Positions 30,299 to 40,788 of a stretch of 64,000 bases of DNA are shown piece after piece; within the stretch, counting starts at the first letter, position 1; every line of letters begins with the position of its first letter. The notes below the pieces were generated by a model. That model was not told where the DNA came from and ran no database searches. It saw only the letters and a program-made list of their open reading frames with translations. The position numbers were made by a program, and so were the translations under genes. Source of the DNA: a candidate division TM6 bacterium GW2011_GWF2_28_16 (lineage in GTDB: Bacteria; Patescibacteriota; Microgenomatia; UBA1400; PJMF01); contig CP011212.1 of NCBI GenBank assembly GCA_001029715.1, positions 705,066 to 769,065 on the forward strand, written 5' to 3'.

Positions 30299-31243
30299 AT
30301 GAAAACATTCGTAATTGGTCATCTCAAACCAGACACTGACTCTGTAGTCGCTGCTATGGCTCTTGCCAGCATGTACCAAAAAGTTGCCTGTTTTAATCGC
30401 CAAAACGCTGAGGCTGTCATTGCCGGTCCAATTAACCCTGAAACTGAATTTTTACTTAACAAATTTGGAATGAGCGCTCCACGAATTATCAGCGCAACCG
30501 ATTTAGCTAATGACGACCAGGTAGTTTTGGTCGATCACAATGAAGCAGATCAGCGTTTAGAGGGATTAAGCCAAAATCAAATTGTCGAAATCATCGACCA
30601 TCATAAAGTTAACCTTAATTTTGAACAACCAATCTTTTTGACTTTCAAAACCTGGGGCTCCTCCAACACTATCATTTATTTCATGATGAAGAAAAATGAT
30701 TTTGTGCCCGATCAAAAAATCGCTAGCTTAATGCTGGCTGCTATTTTGTCCGACACAGTTGGTTTTAAATCACCTACCTGCACCGCCAAAGACAAAGAGC
30801 TCGCTTTAGAATTAGCAAAGGTTGCAGGCATTGAAGATTTAGATGCTTTCAGCTTAGAGATTTTTAAAGCCAAATCAGATGTCAGCAAATTAAGCTGTGA
30901 AGAAATTGTTAAAAATGATTACAAGGTTTTTGATTTCGCTGGTCAAAAAGTGATGATCGACCAGCTCGAAACAGTTGAGCAAGAGAAAGTCCTTAGCGAG
31001 AAAAAGGCTTGTCTCCTAGAAGCAATGACAAAGGTCAAAACTGAACTCGCAGTTGACTCCATTTTTGTAGTCATTACCGACATCCTTAAAGTTAATAGCA
31101 AATTATTAATTCTTAACCAAGCAGCTGAAGACATTGCCCTTAAAGCCTTCGGTGGAGAAGTCAGTGAACAAGTTTTAGATATCGGTGCGCGCTTGTCTCG
31201 TAAAAAAGAAATCGCCCCGTTAATTGAAAGGGCAGTGAGCTAG
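30299..31243 (+). CDS. ppaC: Manganese-dependent inorganic pyrophosphatase (family II, DHH-DHHA2)
   Basis: VLVDHNE, IIDHHK, LMLAAILSDTVGFKSPTCT, VVITDIL, SRKKEIAPL; these motifs match characterised PpaC. Confidence 0.85.
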   Translation: MKTFVIGHLKPDTDSVVAAMALASMYQKVACFNRQNAEAVIAGPINPETEFLLNKFGMSAPRIISATDLANDDQVVLVDHNEADQRLEGLSQNQIVEIIDHHKVNLNFEQPIFLTFKTWGSSNTIIYFMMKKNDFVPDQKIASLMLAAILSDTVGFKSPTCTAKDKELALELAKVAGIEDLDAFSLEIFKAKSDVSKLSCEEIVKNDYKVFDFAGQKVMIDQLETVEQEKVLSEKKACLLEAMTKVKTELAVDSIFVVITDILKVNSKLLILNQAAEDIALKAFGGEVSEQVLDIGARLSRKKEIAPLIERAVS

Positions 31244-31378
31244 ATTTGCTCAAAGGCTCTTTGGCAGAGTAGGAGATTGTCTGCTAAAAGAGTTAAATAG
31301 AATTTTTGACTGGTTCATCAATCTATTTATCCATAACATAATCAATATATAAAATAATAGATCAATAAGTTAAATAAT

Positions 31379-34180
31379 ATGTCAGAAGATAACAAAAAAC
31401 AAACACCAAGCGTCAGCGTCGAAGAATTAGAGAAGGATGAAGAGATGATTGAAGAAGTTGAAGAGGCAGAAGAAGAAACAGAAAATGAAGTGGAGGATGA
31501 AGTTACAGAAACGACCGAAGCTACAAGTGAAATTTTGATCGAAACCCAAGAAGAAATTTCATCCAAAATGGGCACCATTGAAGAGAGCGCTTACGGAAAA
31601 CTCAAGCACACTTCCATCGTTAATGAGATGGAAAAATCTTACCTTGATTACGCAATGAGTGTCATTGTTTCTCGCGCTCTTCCTGACGTTCGTGATGGCC
31701 TTAAACCAGTCCACCGCCGTATTCTTTATTCCATGTTTAAATCCGGCATTCACTGGAACACTCCTTATAGAAAATCTGCTCGTATTGTTGGTGACGTTCT
31801 TGGTCGCTACCATCCACATGGTGACAGTGCAGTTTATATGGCCTTGGTCCGTTTAGCCCAAGAATTTAGTATGCGTTATCCATTGATCGATGGTCAGGGT
31901 AACTTTGGTTCAATTGACGGAGATAGCCCAGCTGCTATGCGTTACACTGAAGCTCGTAGTGCCAAAATCACCCAAGAACTTTTGGCTGATATTAACAAAG
32001 GTACAGTCGATTTCATTGACAACTTTGACGGTTCTACCAAAGAACCAACTGTTCTTCCAACCCGTATTCCTAACTTTTTGCTAATGGGTTCTGAGGGTAT
32101 TGCTGTGGGTATGGCTACTAAAATCCCACCTCATAATTTAGTTGAAACCTGCAACGCTATTACTGCCATGATCACCAAAGGCAAAGCTAGCACCGACCTT
32201 AAAATTGAAATTGGTGAAGAAAAACTCAGTTCAGATTCAGAATGTATTAGCGCTATTTTGCTAGCTGATCCAAATAGCCTAGCTGGCAAATTTGAAAGCG
32301 ATATTACTCACGAAGAATTGATGGAACACATTAAAGGACCAGATTTTCCAACTGCCGGTATTATCTACGATCAAAAATCTATTTCTGAGGCTTATCGAAC
32401 AGGCAGAGGTCGCATTGTTATTCGTGGTAAAGCCGCTATCGAAGAAGGTAAAAAAGATCAATTCATCATCGCTATCACAGAATTGCCATATCAGGTTAAT
32501 AAAGCTCGCTTGTTAATGAAAATTGCTGATTTAGTCCGCGATAAAAAAATCCTCGGTATTCGTAATTTACGAGATGACTCCGATCGTCAAGGCATGCAGA
32601 TTACCATCGAACTGAAAAAAGATGCTAGACCAAATGTAGTTCTCAACAAACTCTTTAAATATTCAGAGCTACAAAGCAGTTTTTCACTCAATATGGTTGC
32701 CCTCAATAGTGAAGGTACACCTTTATTGATGAACTTACGCCAAGTACTCCGTGAATACGTTATCCACCGCCAACTAGTAGTAGTTCGCCGTAGCCAAAAT
32801 GAACTCAAGGAGGCTCGCGACCGCGCTCACATTCTTGAAGGCTTAATCATTGCTTTGAATAATCTAGATGATGTCATTGATACCATCAGAAAATCCAAAG
32901 ACACTCCAACTGCACATGATTCCTTGATGAAGAAGTTTGGCTTGAGTGATATCCAGTCAACTGCCATTCTTGAAATGCAGCTCAAACGCCTTGCAGCTCT
33001 AGAGCGACAAAAAATTGAAGAAGAATATGCAGCCATCCAAGAAGCCATTGGCACCTTGATTCATTTACTCAATGATCCTGCCAAAGTATTGAAAAAAATC
33101 GCAGAAGAAACCAAAGAAATGGTCGATCTTTACGGAGATGAACGTCGCACTAAGATCATTAAAGGCAAAATTGGTGAATTCAATGAAGAAGATTTGATTG
33201 CTGAAGAATCAACTGTCATCACTTTGACTGAAAGTGGCTATATCAAACGTCTCAGTCCAGATGCTTTCCGCTCTCAATCTCGAGGTGGAAAAGGTAGCAA
33301 AGGCTTAAATATGAAAGCTGAAGATGTACTCAAATGCATCGTTACCTGCAACACTCATGACAATCTTTTTCTCTTTACCAATCAGGGTCGCGTTTTTGAG
33401 ATGAAATCCTACGAAATTCCAGACGCCAGCCGTCAAGCCAAGGGTACTGCCATTGTTAATATCCTTAATCTTAAGTCTGAGGAAAAAGTTTTATCTATCC
33501 TAGTCGTAGATCAAGAAGCTGACAAAGATAAGTTCATTACCTTGGCTACCAAAAATGGCTTAGTCAAGAAAACCGCTCTCAAACTTTTCAACAATATTCG
33601 TCAAAGTGGCATCGTGGCCATTATCCTCAATGAAGGCGACGAATTAGTCTGGGGCAAGATCACCACTGGCATGGATCACATTATGCTAATTACTCATGAT
33701 GGGAAATCAATTCGCTTCAGTGAAGAAGAAGTCAAATCTTCTCAAAGAGACACTAAGGGTGTTAAGGGAATTACTTTAAAAACTGGTGACTCCGTCATTG
33801 GCGTTGAGGTTTTTGAAGATAACAAAGAAGTTCTCAAAGAGAATAGCTTATTACTCATCACTGAAAATGGCATGGGCAAACGCACTCTTCTAGAGAGTTA
33901 TCCACTCCAAAAACGTTCCGGTCTTGGCGTCAAAGTCTCAGAAATCACCAAGCGTACCGGTAAAGTGGCCGCCGCCAAAATGGTTTCCGACCTCAATAAA
34001 GAAGTGGTCATTAGCACTAAACTGGGTAAAGCTATCAAAATGCCAATCAGCAAAAGTTCTATTCCTACTTTGACCAGACCCACTCAAGGAGTTATCCTAA
34101 TGAAAATGAGTGATAATGACCAAGTAGTGGCAGTGGCTTTAACCATTGAGGATGGTGACGAAGAGAACGAAATAAATTAG
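31379..34180 (+). CDS. gyrA: DNA gyrase subunit A with a polyacidic N-terminal extension
   Basis: Active-site [13 protein letters not shown]-like region, and a C-terminal beta-pinwheel with GyrA-box-like [10 protein letters not shown]. About 70 aa of Glu-rich N-terminus. Confidence 0.95.
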   Translation: MSEDNKKQTPSVSVEELEKDEEMIEEVEEAEEETENEVEDEVTETTEATSEILIETQEEISSKMGTIEESAYGKLKHTSIVNEMEKSYLDYAMSVIVSRALPDVRDGLKPVHRRILYSMFKSGIHWNTPYRKSARIVGDVLGRYHPHGDSAVYMALVRLAQEFSMRYPLIDGQGNFGSIDGDSPAAMRYTEARSAKITQELLADINKGTVDFIDNFDGSTKEPTVLPTRIPNFLLMGSEGIAVGMATKIPPHNLVETCNAITAMITKGKASTDLKIEIGEEKLSSDSECISAILLADPNSLAGKFESDITHEELMEHIKGPDFPTAGIIYDQKSISEAYRTGRGRIVIRGKAAIEEGKKDQFIIAITELPYQVNKARLLMKIADLVRDKKILGIRNLRDDSDRQGMQITIELKKDARPNVVLNKLFKYSELQSSFSLNMVALNSEGTPLLMNLRQVLREYVIHRQLVVVRRSQNELKEARDRAHILEGLIIALNNLDDVIDTIRKSKDTPTAHDSLMKKFGLSDIQSTAILEMQLKRLAALERQKIEEEYAAIQEAIGTLIHLLNDPAKVLKKIAEETKEMVDLYGDERRTKIIKGKIGEFNEEDLIAEESTVITLTESGYIKRLSPDAFRSQSRGGKGSKGLNMKAEDVLKCIVTCNTHDNLFLFTNQGRVFEMKSYEIPDASRQAKGTAIVNILNLKSEEKVLSILVVDQEADKDKFITLATKNGLVKKTALKLFNNIRQSGIVAIILNEGDELVWGKITTGMDHIMLITHDGKSIRFSEEEVKSSQRDTKGVKGITLKTGDSVIGVEVFEDNKEVLKENSLLLITENGMGKRTLLESYPLQKRSGLGVKVSEITKRTGKVAAAKMVSDLNKEVVISTKLGKAIKMPISKSSIPTLTRPTQGVILMKMSDNDQVVAVALTIEDGDEENEIN

Positions 34181-34476
34181 CTTGGTAAATTTATATTAAG
34201 CCATCTAATAATCTCGCTCTCTAATCTCTCCTCAGAGAAATTCGAAGAAAGATTATTAATCAAACGATCTATATTGCTTCTTTTTGTTACTAGATCGTTT
34301 TTTTTCAACCAATCTTGAAAATCATATTTAGAAACTAGAGGAGACTTTCGAACTCGAGAGTCTTTTGCAAAATAAATTTCCCAACACTTCTGGATAATTT
34401 GTTCTTTATCGATTCTTTTTTCGTCGTCTTCGCATGCAATAGCCTGATCAACGACTCTAAGTTTTTCTGCTTCCAC
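34177..34476 (-). CDS. Hypothetical protein
   Basis: 99-aa ORF convergent with gyrA. No recognisable motif. Confidence 0.35.
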   Translation of the reverse strand: MEAEKLRVVDQAIACEDDEKRIDKEQIIQKCWEIYFAKDSRVRKSPLVSKYDFQDWLKKNDLVTKRSNIDRLINNLSSNFSEERLESEIIRWLNINLPS

Positions 34477-34497
34477 GGTTATTCCTTCTTAATTTAG

Positions 34498-34571
34498 TGG
34501 ACCGAAGGGGACTCGAACCCCTGACCTCTTCTATGCCATAGAAGCGCTCTAGCCAACTGAGCTATCGGCCC
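34498..34571 (-). tRNA. tRNA-Ala (anticodon GGC)
   Basis: Reverse complement GGGCCGATAGCTCAGTTGGCTAGAGCGCTTCTATGGCATAGAAGAGGTCAGGGGTTCGAGTCCCCTTCGGTCCA. G3:U70 Ala identity pair. Anticodon loop AUGGCAU. CCA is not encoded. Confidence 0.85.
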
Positions 34572-34633
34572 ATATTTTAACAAAAGGAATTTTAGCATTG
34601 TCGAAGAGAAAAGCCAAGTCATAATTGACCAAA

Positions 34634-35569
34634 TTACATTTTAGAATGAGTTTTATCGTAAACCTTCTTAAGCTGCGGTTGAGTAATGTGGGTATAGATC
34701 TGAGTGGTGGCAATGTTTTTATGTCCCAACATCTCTTGCACATCACGCAAACCAGCACCGTTAATCAATAAATCAGTCGCAAAACTATGTCTAATTCCAT
34801 GAGGACTCAGTTTTACAGTCAATCTAGCTCTGCGAGCATAATGATCCACAATGCGCTGCACACTACGACTAGTTAAACGCATTTCTTCACCATCCATCAA
34901 TAGATCGGGCTTCTTGCCAGAATAACGAATAAAAATTGGTCGCCAGTTATCTTTCCTCGAGTTCATATAGCGCTCTAGCCACATAGCCGCCCTTTCGCTC
35001 AAAAAAACCACTCTTGGTCTACGACCTTTACCAATCACCCCAAATTCGCGTCGCTTCAGATCAATTTGATCGCGATTGAGCCCAACTAATTCACTAACAC
35101 GTAAGCCAGTAGAGAAGAGTACCTCAAGAATAGCCTTGTCTCTCGCCCCCTCTTTGCTGGCCAAGTCAGGCTGAGCCAAGAGACGTTCAATCTCCTCAAT
35201 ATTCACAAATTGCATATGAGTTGATTCGCCCTTAGGTAAATCAATTTTTTCTGGATGCAAAACCTCCTGATCATTTTTAGTTAGCCATTTGAACCAAGAG
35301 CGCAAAGCAATTACATGATAGCTTTGTGTCTTTTTTGATAGGGTTCTTGACATATCGTCACAGTAACGCGCTAGGTAAATCCGATATTTACGCAAAATAT
35401 CACGATCCAATTCTTTAAGGTCACCATGACCATCTTCCTTGAACCAAACGTTAAAACGCCTCAAATAATGGCTATAATTGCGGATAGTCAAGCGACTAAG
35501 GTTCTTTTCCACCTCCAAGGACTCTAAAAAATCAATCAAGGCGATATCTGGATTAGTTTTATTACTCAT
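34634..35569 (-). CDS. xerD: Tyrosine recombinase XerC/XerD family
   Basis: Xer-type core-binding N-terminus (LIDFLESLEVEKNLSRLTIRNYSHYLRRF). Catalytic C-terminus HGIRHSFATDLL and LGHKNIATTQIYTH. 311 aa. Confidence 0.8.
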   Translation of the reverse strand: MSNKTNPDIALIDFLESLEVEKNLSRLTIRNYSHYLRRFNVWFKEDGHGDLKELDRDILRKYRIYLARYCDDMSRTLSKKTQSYHVIALRSWFKWLTKNDQEVLHPEKIDLPKGESTHMQFVNIEEIERLLAQPDLASKEGARDKAILEVLFSTGLRVSELVGLNRDQIDLKRREFGVIGKGRRPRVVFLSERAAMWLERYMNSRKDNWRPIFIRYSGKKPDLLMDGEEMRLTSRSVQRIVDHYARRARLTVKLSPHGIRHSFATDLLINGAGLRDVQEMLGHKNIATTQIYTHITQPQLKKVYDKTHSKM

Positions 35570-37167
35570 TGCATTTACTTCCTTCTTTACTCTACAATAA
35601 ATTTAAGATTGATGCACTAAGGCTTGCATTTTTAATCAGCTCACAAGAGTTGATGTGTTTTTTTCTTCAAATTTTCAAAATTGTTATCAGACACTGGCAG
35701 ACCATCTAATATTCTGCTAGAAACGCTTTTTAATCATTTATTACTATAGATCAGTCTTTTTTTGTATATAGACCAAAACACTTAGCTCGCTGAGAAATAT
35801 AAGATTCATACCAAAAAGGACTTAAGCCTCGATCTAAAAAATATGTAATTCCAAGAAAGCAAAAGGGGAGACTGCCCCACCCATCGGTCTAATTTATTAT
35901 TTAAGTCCATTGTGCTGAAGCTCATTTCGCAAACTTAGCATCCATTTGAAAAATAAATTGTGAAATAAAAAAATGAATTATGAAAATATTTTTCATTATC
36001 TAAAGTGCTTAAGCTCATTTCACAACAGAAATTTAAAATATTATCACAATGGTCATAATCTCCGCGATTGCATTACCCATCAGACTCTCATTTATTTTAA
36101 AAAGTACTAAAAATGCTGGAAAGCGTTCTTAACCAGGTTTCAAGCTGATTAGTTGCTCATCTATGAAGAAAAAAGCCGATTTTGGGCTTCTAAGAGCCTT
36201 ACTAGAGGTAAATACCTTGATATATCAATATAATTACCAATTGATCACGATTGGAGTTAACTAAACAACCAGATAGAACCAGGCTAAATCAGCCAAAACT
36301 AGGAACAATTTAGGAAAATTAAGAATGGGCAAGCACTAGAGAGAATAAAGGCAAAAAAGAATTGTTAAATGCCTAAACACCAGAGTAAATGAAGGCAAAA
36401 GATAAATCGATTTAAAAACACCTCTCGGCTTAATTGATAGTTTATGTCGCAAAAGTTATATTGTGCGACATAAACTATCAGAAGAAAATAAACCCCCTAT
36501 CGTTGGAGTAGCAGTGGTTTAAGAACTTTCTTTTATATGGTATTCAATCTCTTTTACGCTCACACATCCATTCCCTTTAAACTTCCCTTAAGAAAAAAGC
36601 TAATTAACCCTCCGCAACCCCTCCCTGGGGATATGCCTATTCGGGTTTTTTATTGATTTATCAGGTCTTTTTACATATATATCTATCCAGAATAGAAGCA
36701 CCAGGCCAAATCAGCTGAGAAAATTGAACACTTTAATAGCTCGGAGCTATTGCTGTACCAGATGTAATACAGGCTAAATTTATTTTTGCATACTTTTGCA
36801 ACAAGAAAACTAATTTAACAGTATCAAACTATATCATTTCAGGCTATAAAGTCCTATAACTATTGAGTTTTCCACAATTTTCACGACCATATCAAACTAT
36901 ATCACTCTGCCCTGTCTCCCCATGTATCCAAAAAAATTGCTAGCTCTTCCCTGTTTATTTTTTATAATATTTTTTCTTTTTTTGGAGCTTTTTTCTTATT
37001 TAAGACTTATCATGCCAGATTAAAAAGAGTTTTTGAAAGACTTTTAATTCCTTTTTACTAGCTATGGCAGAAAACCCGAAAAACCAGCTCTACCCTGTCT
37101 GGTTTATAGGCAAAAAGGATTGGTACATAAATCTTTTTTAGATATTAGTCAAGTTGGGGGATTTCGA
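35570..37167. repeat. 1.6-kb ORF-free, repeat-rich non-coding region (perfect 16-bp palindrome at 36436-36479; several families of short direct repeats)
   Basis: No ORF of 60 aa or more on any strand. Palindrome GATAGTTTATGTCGCA-N12-TGCGACATAAACTATC. Direct repeats at 36269/36688, 35911/36004, 36824/36889, and a CTCYNCCCTGTYT motif at three sites (36905, 36943, 37088). Confidence 0.6.
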
Positions 37168-37935
37168 TTACTTGCCTGGAAACATCAGGATAAAGAGCAC
37201 TATCATCAGAATAGCCACTAGATTATATTCATTAACGGTATTTTTGAATAAACGACCCTTAAAGAAACTTTGCAAAACACTCAAACCAACATATAAGAAA
37301 GACATAATAAAAAGCGCTTGATTCCAAATTTGCATTGGCAAAAATGAAAATAGGATGGCTAATTCAGTAAGAATAAGAGTGAAAATAAGTGAATAAAGAG
37401 CAATTTCTTTGTCAATTTTTTGCTTCAATTCAATTGACCAAAGTGAAGCCAATACCAGAGGAAAATGAGAGATAAACATCAAGATAGCATTGAGATAAAA
37501 AGGCAAACGCAGTGAAAAAATAACATTACTAAACAATAAAGAAGTAATCATGATAAAAAACAGAGCCACAGCGTGCGCTGCATATAAAAGCTGGATAGTA
37601 CGACCCTTAGCCACGGAGAAAATATTTGAAGTCAAAAACAAAGCGTACATGCCAATGCCAAAGATAGCTACAATCACTAAGCGGGACCAAAACATCTCAG
37701 GTAAAAGAAAATAGAACAAAGACACAGAGCTAGCATAAAGAGCCGGAAATGGCACTATTGTTAACCATTCATGTGAATGAAGATCATCAGAGAGTGCCCA
37801 AGCAGAACTAAAATAAGAGATGAGTAAAAAAATTGCTGTCGCTAAATAACGCCATTCGAGTGGAATGTATTGAGTCGCCAAAAGACTCAGACTAAGTAAA
37901 ACAGAAACAATAACAAATTTTTCTCTTCGGCGCAT
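37168..37935 (-). CDS. Hypothetical polytopic membrane protein
   Basis: About 8 predicted TM helices. No motif recognised. Confidence 0.5.
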   Translation of the reverse strand: MRRREKFVIVSVLLSLSLLATQYIPLEWRYLATAIFLLISYFSSAWALSDDLHSHEWLTIVPFPALYASSVSLFYFLLPEMFWSRLVIVAIFGIGMYALFLTSNIFSVAKGRTIQLLYAAHAVALFFIMITSLLFSNVIFSLRLPFYLNAILMFISHFPLVLASLWSIELKQKIDKEIALYSLIFTLILTELAILFSFLPMQIWNQALFIMSFLYVGLSVLQSFFKGRLFKNTVNEYNLVAILMIVLFILMFPGK

Positions 37936-37939
37936 ATTA

Positions 37940-38494
37940 TTATTCTTCTAAAATATCACATGCTAAAAAAACATCTTCCACATCTTCATTATCTCTTAAG
38001 TTATCTGCCAATTCCATTAGTTTGACCAAATCCTCCTCGCTAACTGGAATTTTCATAGTTGGGATGAACTCCCCTTCTTGATTGCGTTCAAACATATATC
38101 TGGCGCTACCTGGAGAACCTAAAGAGCCACCGGCTTTACTCAAAGCAAAACGAATCTCAGAAGAGCTACGGTTGAGATTGTCAGTCAAAGCAACGATCAT
38201 CATCCCTACTCCACCTGGACCAAAACCCTCATAAACAATTTCCTGAATTTGGCTGGCATTCCCCTTGCCTAGAGCAACATCGATCGCCTTTTGAACTTTG
38301 GCGTTAGGCATATTTGCCATTCTGGCTTTATCGAGTATTAGACGTAAAGAAGGATTACTTTTTGGGTCGCCAGAATTAGCTTGTTTGGTAGCAGCTCTGA
38401 TCAAGCGAGACAGCTGACTGAAGATCTTGCTTTTGGCCTTATCTTGAGCCCCCTTACGATTTTTAATGTTATTCCATTTACTGTGACCTGACAT
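37940..38494 (-). CDS. yebC: YebC/PmpR (TACO1) family probable transcriptional regulator, short form
   Basis: MSGHSKWNNIKNRKGAQDKAKSKIFSQLSRLI is the highly conserved YebC N-terminus. 184 aa. Confidence 0.8.
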   Translation of the reverse strand: MSGHSKWNNIKNRKGAQDKAKSKIFSQLSRLIRAATKQANSGDPKSNPSLRLILDKARMANMPNAKVQKAIDVALGKGNASQIQEIVYEGFGPGGVGMMIVALTDNLNRSSSEIRFALSKAGGSLGSPGSARYMFERNQEGEFIPTMKIPVSEEDLVKLMELADNLRDNEDVEDVFLACDILEE

Positions 38495-38601
38495 ATGTCC
38501 CTATTATAGACCATTTTTAGCTGGGGCTAAGGATTAAGTATTACTTGACATTTAGGAGTAGGACTTGTAACATCTCTAAGATTTTAAAGGAAGGTTAAAA
38601 A

Positions 38602-39339
38602 ATGCAGAATCAAATGCTCCTGAGACAAGAAGCTATCAATGCAGCGAAAAATTCAGACTGGCAAAAAGCCATTTTAATCAACCAGGAAATTATTCAAAAT
38701 TACGGCAATGATCTGGAAGCAATGAATCGTTTAGGTCTCGCCTTTCTCAAAAACAAAAAAGAAAATGAAGCTAAAAAAGTTTTTAAGCAAGTCTTAGAAC
38801 TAGATAGTTCAAATATTATCGCCAATAAACATTTAAATAAAATCAAGAATAAAGAAATCAGTGCCGATATTATTTTTGACCGAGATAATGATTTTATTGA
38901 AGAACCAGGGAAAAGTAAAATCGTTACTCTCCATCGTCTGGCTGGCAAGGATCAATTACAAAAGCTTAAAGTTGGTCAAGGCTGTTCCCTCCAATTAAAA
39001 AACAGATATATCAGTGTAGTTGATGAAAATAATAAACATATTGGTGCTTTACCAGAAGATATTTCCTTTCGTTTGAGTAAACTCATTACCAATGGTAACG
39101 AGTATCGCTGTGTGATCTATAAAATCAACGAAAAACAATGTTTAGTACAGATTAAAGAAACCTTGCGCTCCAAAAAAAATGAACAATTTGTTTCCTTCCC
39201 TAGCAAAATGCAGAGCAATTTGGTTATTCCAGACGACTTCGTTTTGGAAGAAGATATTCCTTTTGAAGTCACTAATGACGAAGAAGCTGAAGAAGATTTA
39301 GAGTTGGCCATGGAAAAGATCAACAAAAAAGACGTATAA
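38602..39339 (+). CDS. Hypothetical TPR-like repeat protein with an acidic C-terminal tail
   Basis: Helical repeat N-terminus with TPR-like spacing (WQKAILINQEIIQNYGNDLEAMNRLGLAFLKNKKENEAKKVFKQVLELD). Confidence 0.4.
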   Translation: MQNQMLLRQEAINAAKNSDWQKAILINQEIIQNYGNDLEAMNRLGLAFLKNKKENEAKKVFKQVLELDSSNIIANKHLNKIKNKEISADIIFDRDNDFIEEPGKSKIVTLHRLAGKDQLQKLKVGQGCSLQLKNRYISVVDENNKHIGALPEDISFRLSKLITNGNEYRCVIYKINEKQCLVQIKETLRSKKNEQFVSFPSKMQSNLVIPDDFVLEEDIPFEVTNDEEAEEDLELAMEKINKKDV

Positions 39340-40143
39340 ATCAGCTAAATCCCTCCCGATATAAATCACCATTGCTGATCGATTTTCAAGAGTTTCATTT
39401 TTGTCAGCCATGATTAAACTTTGGGGTAAAATTTTATCCAATTTTTTAAGAAGCTGAGTACAGCTCTCCTCCTCTGGATTGTAAATTATTTTTGTTTGTT
39501 CTAGATTCTCCGCATTATTGTCTTTTTTAATAATTGAAAAAGAACTTTTTTCAAGTATTTTTGACAAAGAACTAGCAAGTCCCGCCTCACCAGTAGTATT
39601 AATTAGAGCGACTGGACAATCAAAAACTGGTTTAACCATATAATTAATTTCTTGCTCATAATCTTGCTCTCGCCATAAAAGTTCCTGATCCCTAAGAAAA
39701 AAATAATAAATTTTTTGATCTTTGAAAAAATCTAACAAGCTCTGTTTGTCTAAATTAGCAGATGGATATTCATAACTTTGGTCAAAAGCCGTGTCTAAAA
39801 GAAAAGAATAAATTAGTTTTTCTTCTGTATCACCAGATAAACTTGCTTCTTTCTCTAAAGCACTCAAGTCAAAATTTCTTTGCCTTAAATCAGTAACAAG
39901 CAATTGTTTATTGTCGGCATTAAAAAATAAAATTGCCAAAGGCTGATGATCCTTAACAAGAAGAACTCTTTGATTTTCTTTTAATCTAAAAAGTTTGCTC
40001 AACTCAATTTTGATTGCTAAAAATGATAAGAGAAGTACTAGAACTACCAAGCCAAGTGAAATTAATAGTTTTTGATTAAGCTTAATCTTTTTTTTCTGAT
40101 TAGACTTTTTGCTTTTCTTGTTTGGGCAGTAATCGTGCAACAT
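39298..40143 (-). CDS. Hypothetical membrane-anchored protein
   Basis: N-terminal basic stretch followed by the TM LLISLGLVVLVLLLSFLAI. Confidence 0.45.
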   Translation of the reverse strand: MLHDYCPNKKSKKSNQKKKIKLNQKLLISLGLVVLVLLLSFLAIKIELSKLFRLKENQRVLLVKDHQPLAILFFNADNKQLLVTDLRQRNFDLSALEKEASLSGDTEEKLIYSFLLDTAFDQSYEYPSANLDKQSLLDFFKDQKIYYFFLRDQELLWREQDYEQEINYMVKPVFDCPVALINTTGEAGLASSLSKILEKSSFSIIKKDNNAENLEQTKIIYNPEEESCTQLLKKLDKILPQSLIMADKNETLENRSAMVIYIGRDLADLYVFFVDLFHGQL

Positions 40144-40160
40144 CCAACATCCATGCTACA

Positions 40161-40196
40161 AAAAAGCCCGCTCTCTAGCAAGCGGGCTTATTTATA
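40161..40196 (-). terminator. Rho-independent (bidirectional) terminator downstream of tsf
   Basis: AAAAAGCCCGCT-CTCTAGCA-AGCGGGCTTATTT. Confidence 0.75.
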
Positions 40197-40212
40197 AATT
40201 TCTTAAAAATTC

Positions 40213-40671
40213 TTAAGACTCGATAGCATAACGCTCAAATCTACTCAGAGTCATCTTTTCACCAATTTTACCACTGAGAGTTTTGATAACTAATTCGATT
40301 GTTTTTTCTGAATCCTTAATGGAATCCTGTTGCAATAAATCCTCAACGCTTTCTGCACCCATAGCAGCAACTTGCATAGCAATGTCACGCACCATTTGGC
40401 GGAATTCTTCATTAGCGGCTACAAAATCAGTTTCGCAAAGCATTTCCACCATAGCGGCAACCATGCCAGTGTTGTGAGTATAAGTGGCTATATAACCAAC
40501 CTTAGTCTCACGATCCTGAATCTTGTCTGCTTTAGCTAAACCTTTGGCCTCAACAGCAGCAACGGCTTTATCTAAATCGCCATCAGCTTCTTGCAAAGCT
40601 TTTTGACAATCTAAAATTCTAGCACCAGTAAGTTCTCTGAGTTTTTTGATTTGATCCATGGAAATAGGCAT
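40213..40671 (-). CDS. tsf: Elongation factor Ts (short, about 150-aa form)
   Basis: N-terminal UBA-like QIKKLRELTGARILDCQKALQEADGDLDKAV, TDFVAANEEF motif, AGGAGG RBS. Follows rpsB. Confidence 0.85.
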   Translation of the reverse strand: MPISMDQIKKLRELTGARILDCQKALQEADGDLDKAVAAVEAKGLAKADKIQDRETKVGYIATYTHNTGMVAAMVEMLCETDFVAANEEFRQMVRDIAMQVAAMGAESVEDLLQQDSIKDSEKTIELVIKTLSGKIGEKMTLSRFERYAIES

Positions 40672-40788
40672 ATCGTCATAATTTAATCTTCCTCCTCGTG
40701 ATCTCTTGAGTGAAGACGTTCACTCAGGTGATCAAATGCATCGTCAGATTAAATTACTCCTTTCTTTATAATTTATTATTTGTGTTAC

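Noticed and set aside
31342-31578. Minus-strand ORF 31342-31578 (Ser-rich)
   Set aside because: It is antisense to the poly-Glu coding region of gyrA, a low-complexity mirror ORF.
34498-35569. tRNA-Ala adjacent to a tyrosine recombinase, as a possible integrase/att site of an integrated element
   Set aside because: The recombinase lies on the 5' side of the tRNA, not at its 3' end. Its N-terminal core-binding domain and C-terminal motifs are XerC/XerD-like. Size and sequence fit a housekeeping dimer-resolution recombinase rather than a phage integrase. No phage genes are nearby.
36436-36479. The 16-bp perfect palindrome as a dif (Xer) site
   Set aside because: dif and plasmid Xer sites have 11-bp arms around a 6-8-bp central region. 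Here the arms are 16 bp with a 12-nt spacer. No TTATGTTAAAT-like XerD arm was found.
35570-37167. Looked for tmRNA, RNase P RNA and tRNA-like hallmarks in the ORF-free region
   Set aside because: No GGUUCGAAU-type T-loop with CCA-proximal acceptor was found. No GAGGAAAGUCCGGGC or GGUAAGAGC RNase P motifs were seen. A GGGGGATTTCGATTAC stretch at 37158 lacks a complementary 3' stem. This is eyeball-only; a covariance search is still needed.
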